Source: Squalus acanthias
Lineage: Eukaryota
Direction of reading: 5' to 3'
NCBI GenBank assembly: GCA_030390025.1
Contig: CM059431.1
Location: forward strand, 108,750,001 to 108,814,000
Length of the DNA stretch: 64,000 nt
Shown here one piece after another: positions 63,042 to 64,000 of this stretch. The number at the start of each line of letters is the position of its first letter. Position 1 is the first letter of the stretch. Below the pieces are notes generated by a model. That model was not told the origin of the DNA and searched no databases. It saw only the letters and a program-made list of their open reading frames with translations. The position numbers were made by a program, and so were the translations under genes.

Positions 63042-63365
63042 TATGTCTTTATTTATGAAGCCCAGGATCCCGTATGGCCTACTCCTGCTCCTATTTCTTA
63101 TGTTCTTATGTATGCTTTTTTAACCGCTGTCTCAATCTGACCTGCCACCTTCAACGATTTGTGCACATATACCCCTAGGTCTCTCTGTTCATGCACCCAC
63201 TTTAGGATTGTATCCTGTAGTTTATATTGCCTCTCCTCGTTCTTCCGACCAAAATTTATCACTTCACACTTTTCTGCGTTAAATTTCATCTGCCACGTGT
63301 CCGCCTCTTCCACCTCTTGAAGTCTATCCCTACCCACCTCACTGTTCACTATACTTCCAAGTTTT
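63042..63365 (-). mobile_element. CR1 LINE 5' continuation, with a tiny plus-strand CR1 tail insert at ~63075-63110
   Basis: ADTWQMKFNAEKCEVINFGRKN..QRDLGVYVHKSLK. Confidence 0.85.
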
Positions 63366-64000
63366 GAGTCTAATTTCAGTACAAGTATCAATCTATCATC
63401 ATTTTATCGTAATTTCAGCAAATGTGGAGCAAAGAGTACGTATGTTCACTGTCGGCTTTGCATAATTAAGCTTCCTTTCGGTTACAGCTGCCTCCCCCCT
63501 CCACCCCCCTTAAGAAAACAGTACCTTCACAGGGACCATAAAACAACCATCCCGACCTCCTTAAGTTGGTGGTGGTTATTTTAGTCTTAAACAATCTTCT
63601 CAGTTCATAAAAAGAATAGTGCAATGTAAGTCATAGGTTTCAGTGGTTAGAATATAGCAGTTGTTTCACTGTTCTCTTTATATACGGTGTGCCTGTGTTA
63701 TATGAATTTTCTATGCATGAATTTTTTATTGATTGAGTCGGTTTCAATAAACTGCAGATGCATGCCAAATGTTAATGAAATCTTAGCATAAACTAATTTC
63801 CTAATCAGAAGAAAAAGAACGTGAATTCCAATTTTCAACACATCTGACCAATTTTCTGAAACACTGCATGCTTCGCTCTTCATATTTGTCGTAAAGAGGA
63901 TGGTTAGGTCGAGCTTTTTCATTTTAATTGATGGGAAGGCTTATTTTGCCTTTTTTCACTTTTATCGATAGATATATCCATTTGTTGCAGATATTTCCCT

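Overview
Eukaryotic, repeat-dense genomic DNA, very probably from a cartilaginous fish (shark). This is inferred from the repeat content: DeuSINE/SacSINE1-like SINEs, HE1-type V-SINEs, LF-SINE-like relics and abundant CR1/L2 LINEs. No host protein-coding gene could be named. A few minus-strand candidate small exons (39729-39748, 33464-33522, 14028-14059) are frame-compatible, so the window may be intronic sequence of a large gene. Best-resolved elements: (i) a complete 4.2-kb PIF/Harbinger transposon (58797-63041; TIRs, TAT TSD, intact-DDE transposase ORF, convergent disrupted Myb/SANT gene) with many Harbinger MITEs and fossils; (ii) a young Penelope-like insertion forming a 781-bp-arm palindrome with hammerhead-ribozyme cores and a 13-bp TSD, nested in a solo LTR; (iii) an RTE LINE with a twin-priming-type 5' inversion and a 10-bp TSD, itself interrupted by a MITE; (iv) a second solo LTR; (v) a second Penelope family. 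No CRISPR, rRNA or true tRNA gene was seen, and no wholly new system can be demonstrated. All family names come from recalled consensus similarity, not from database searches.
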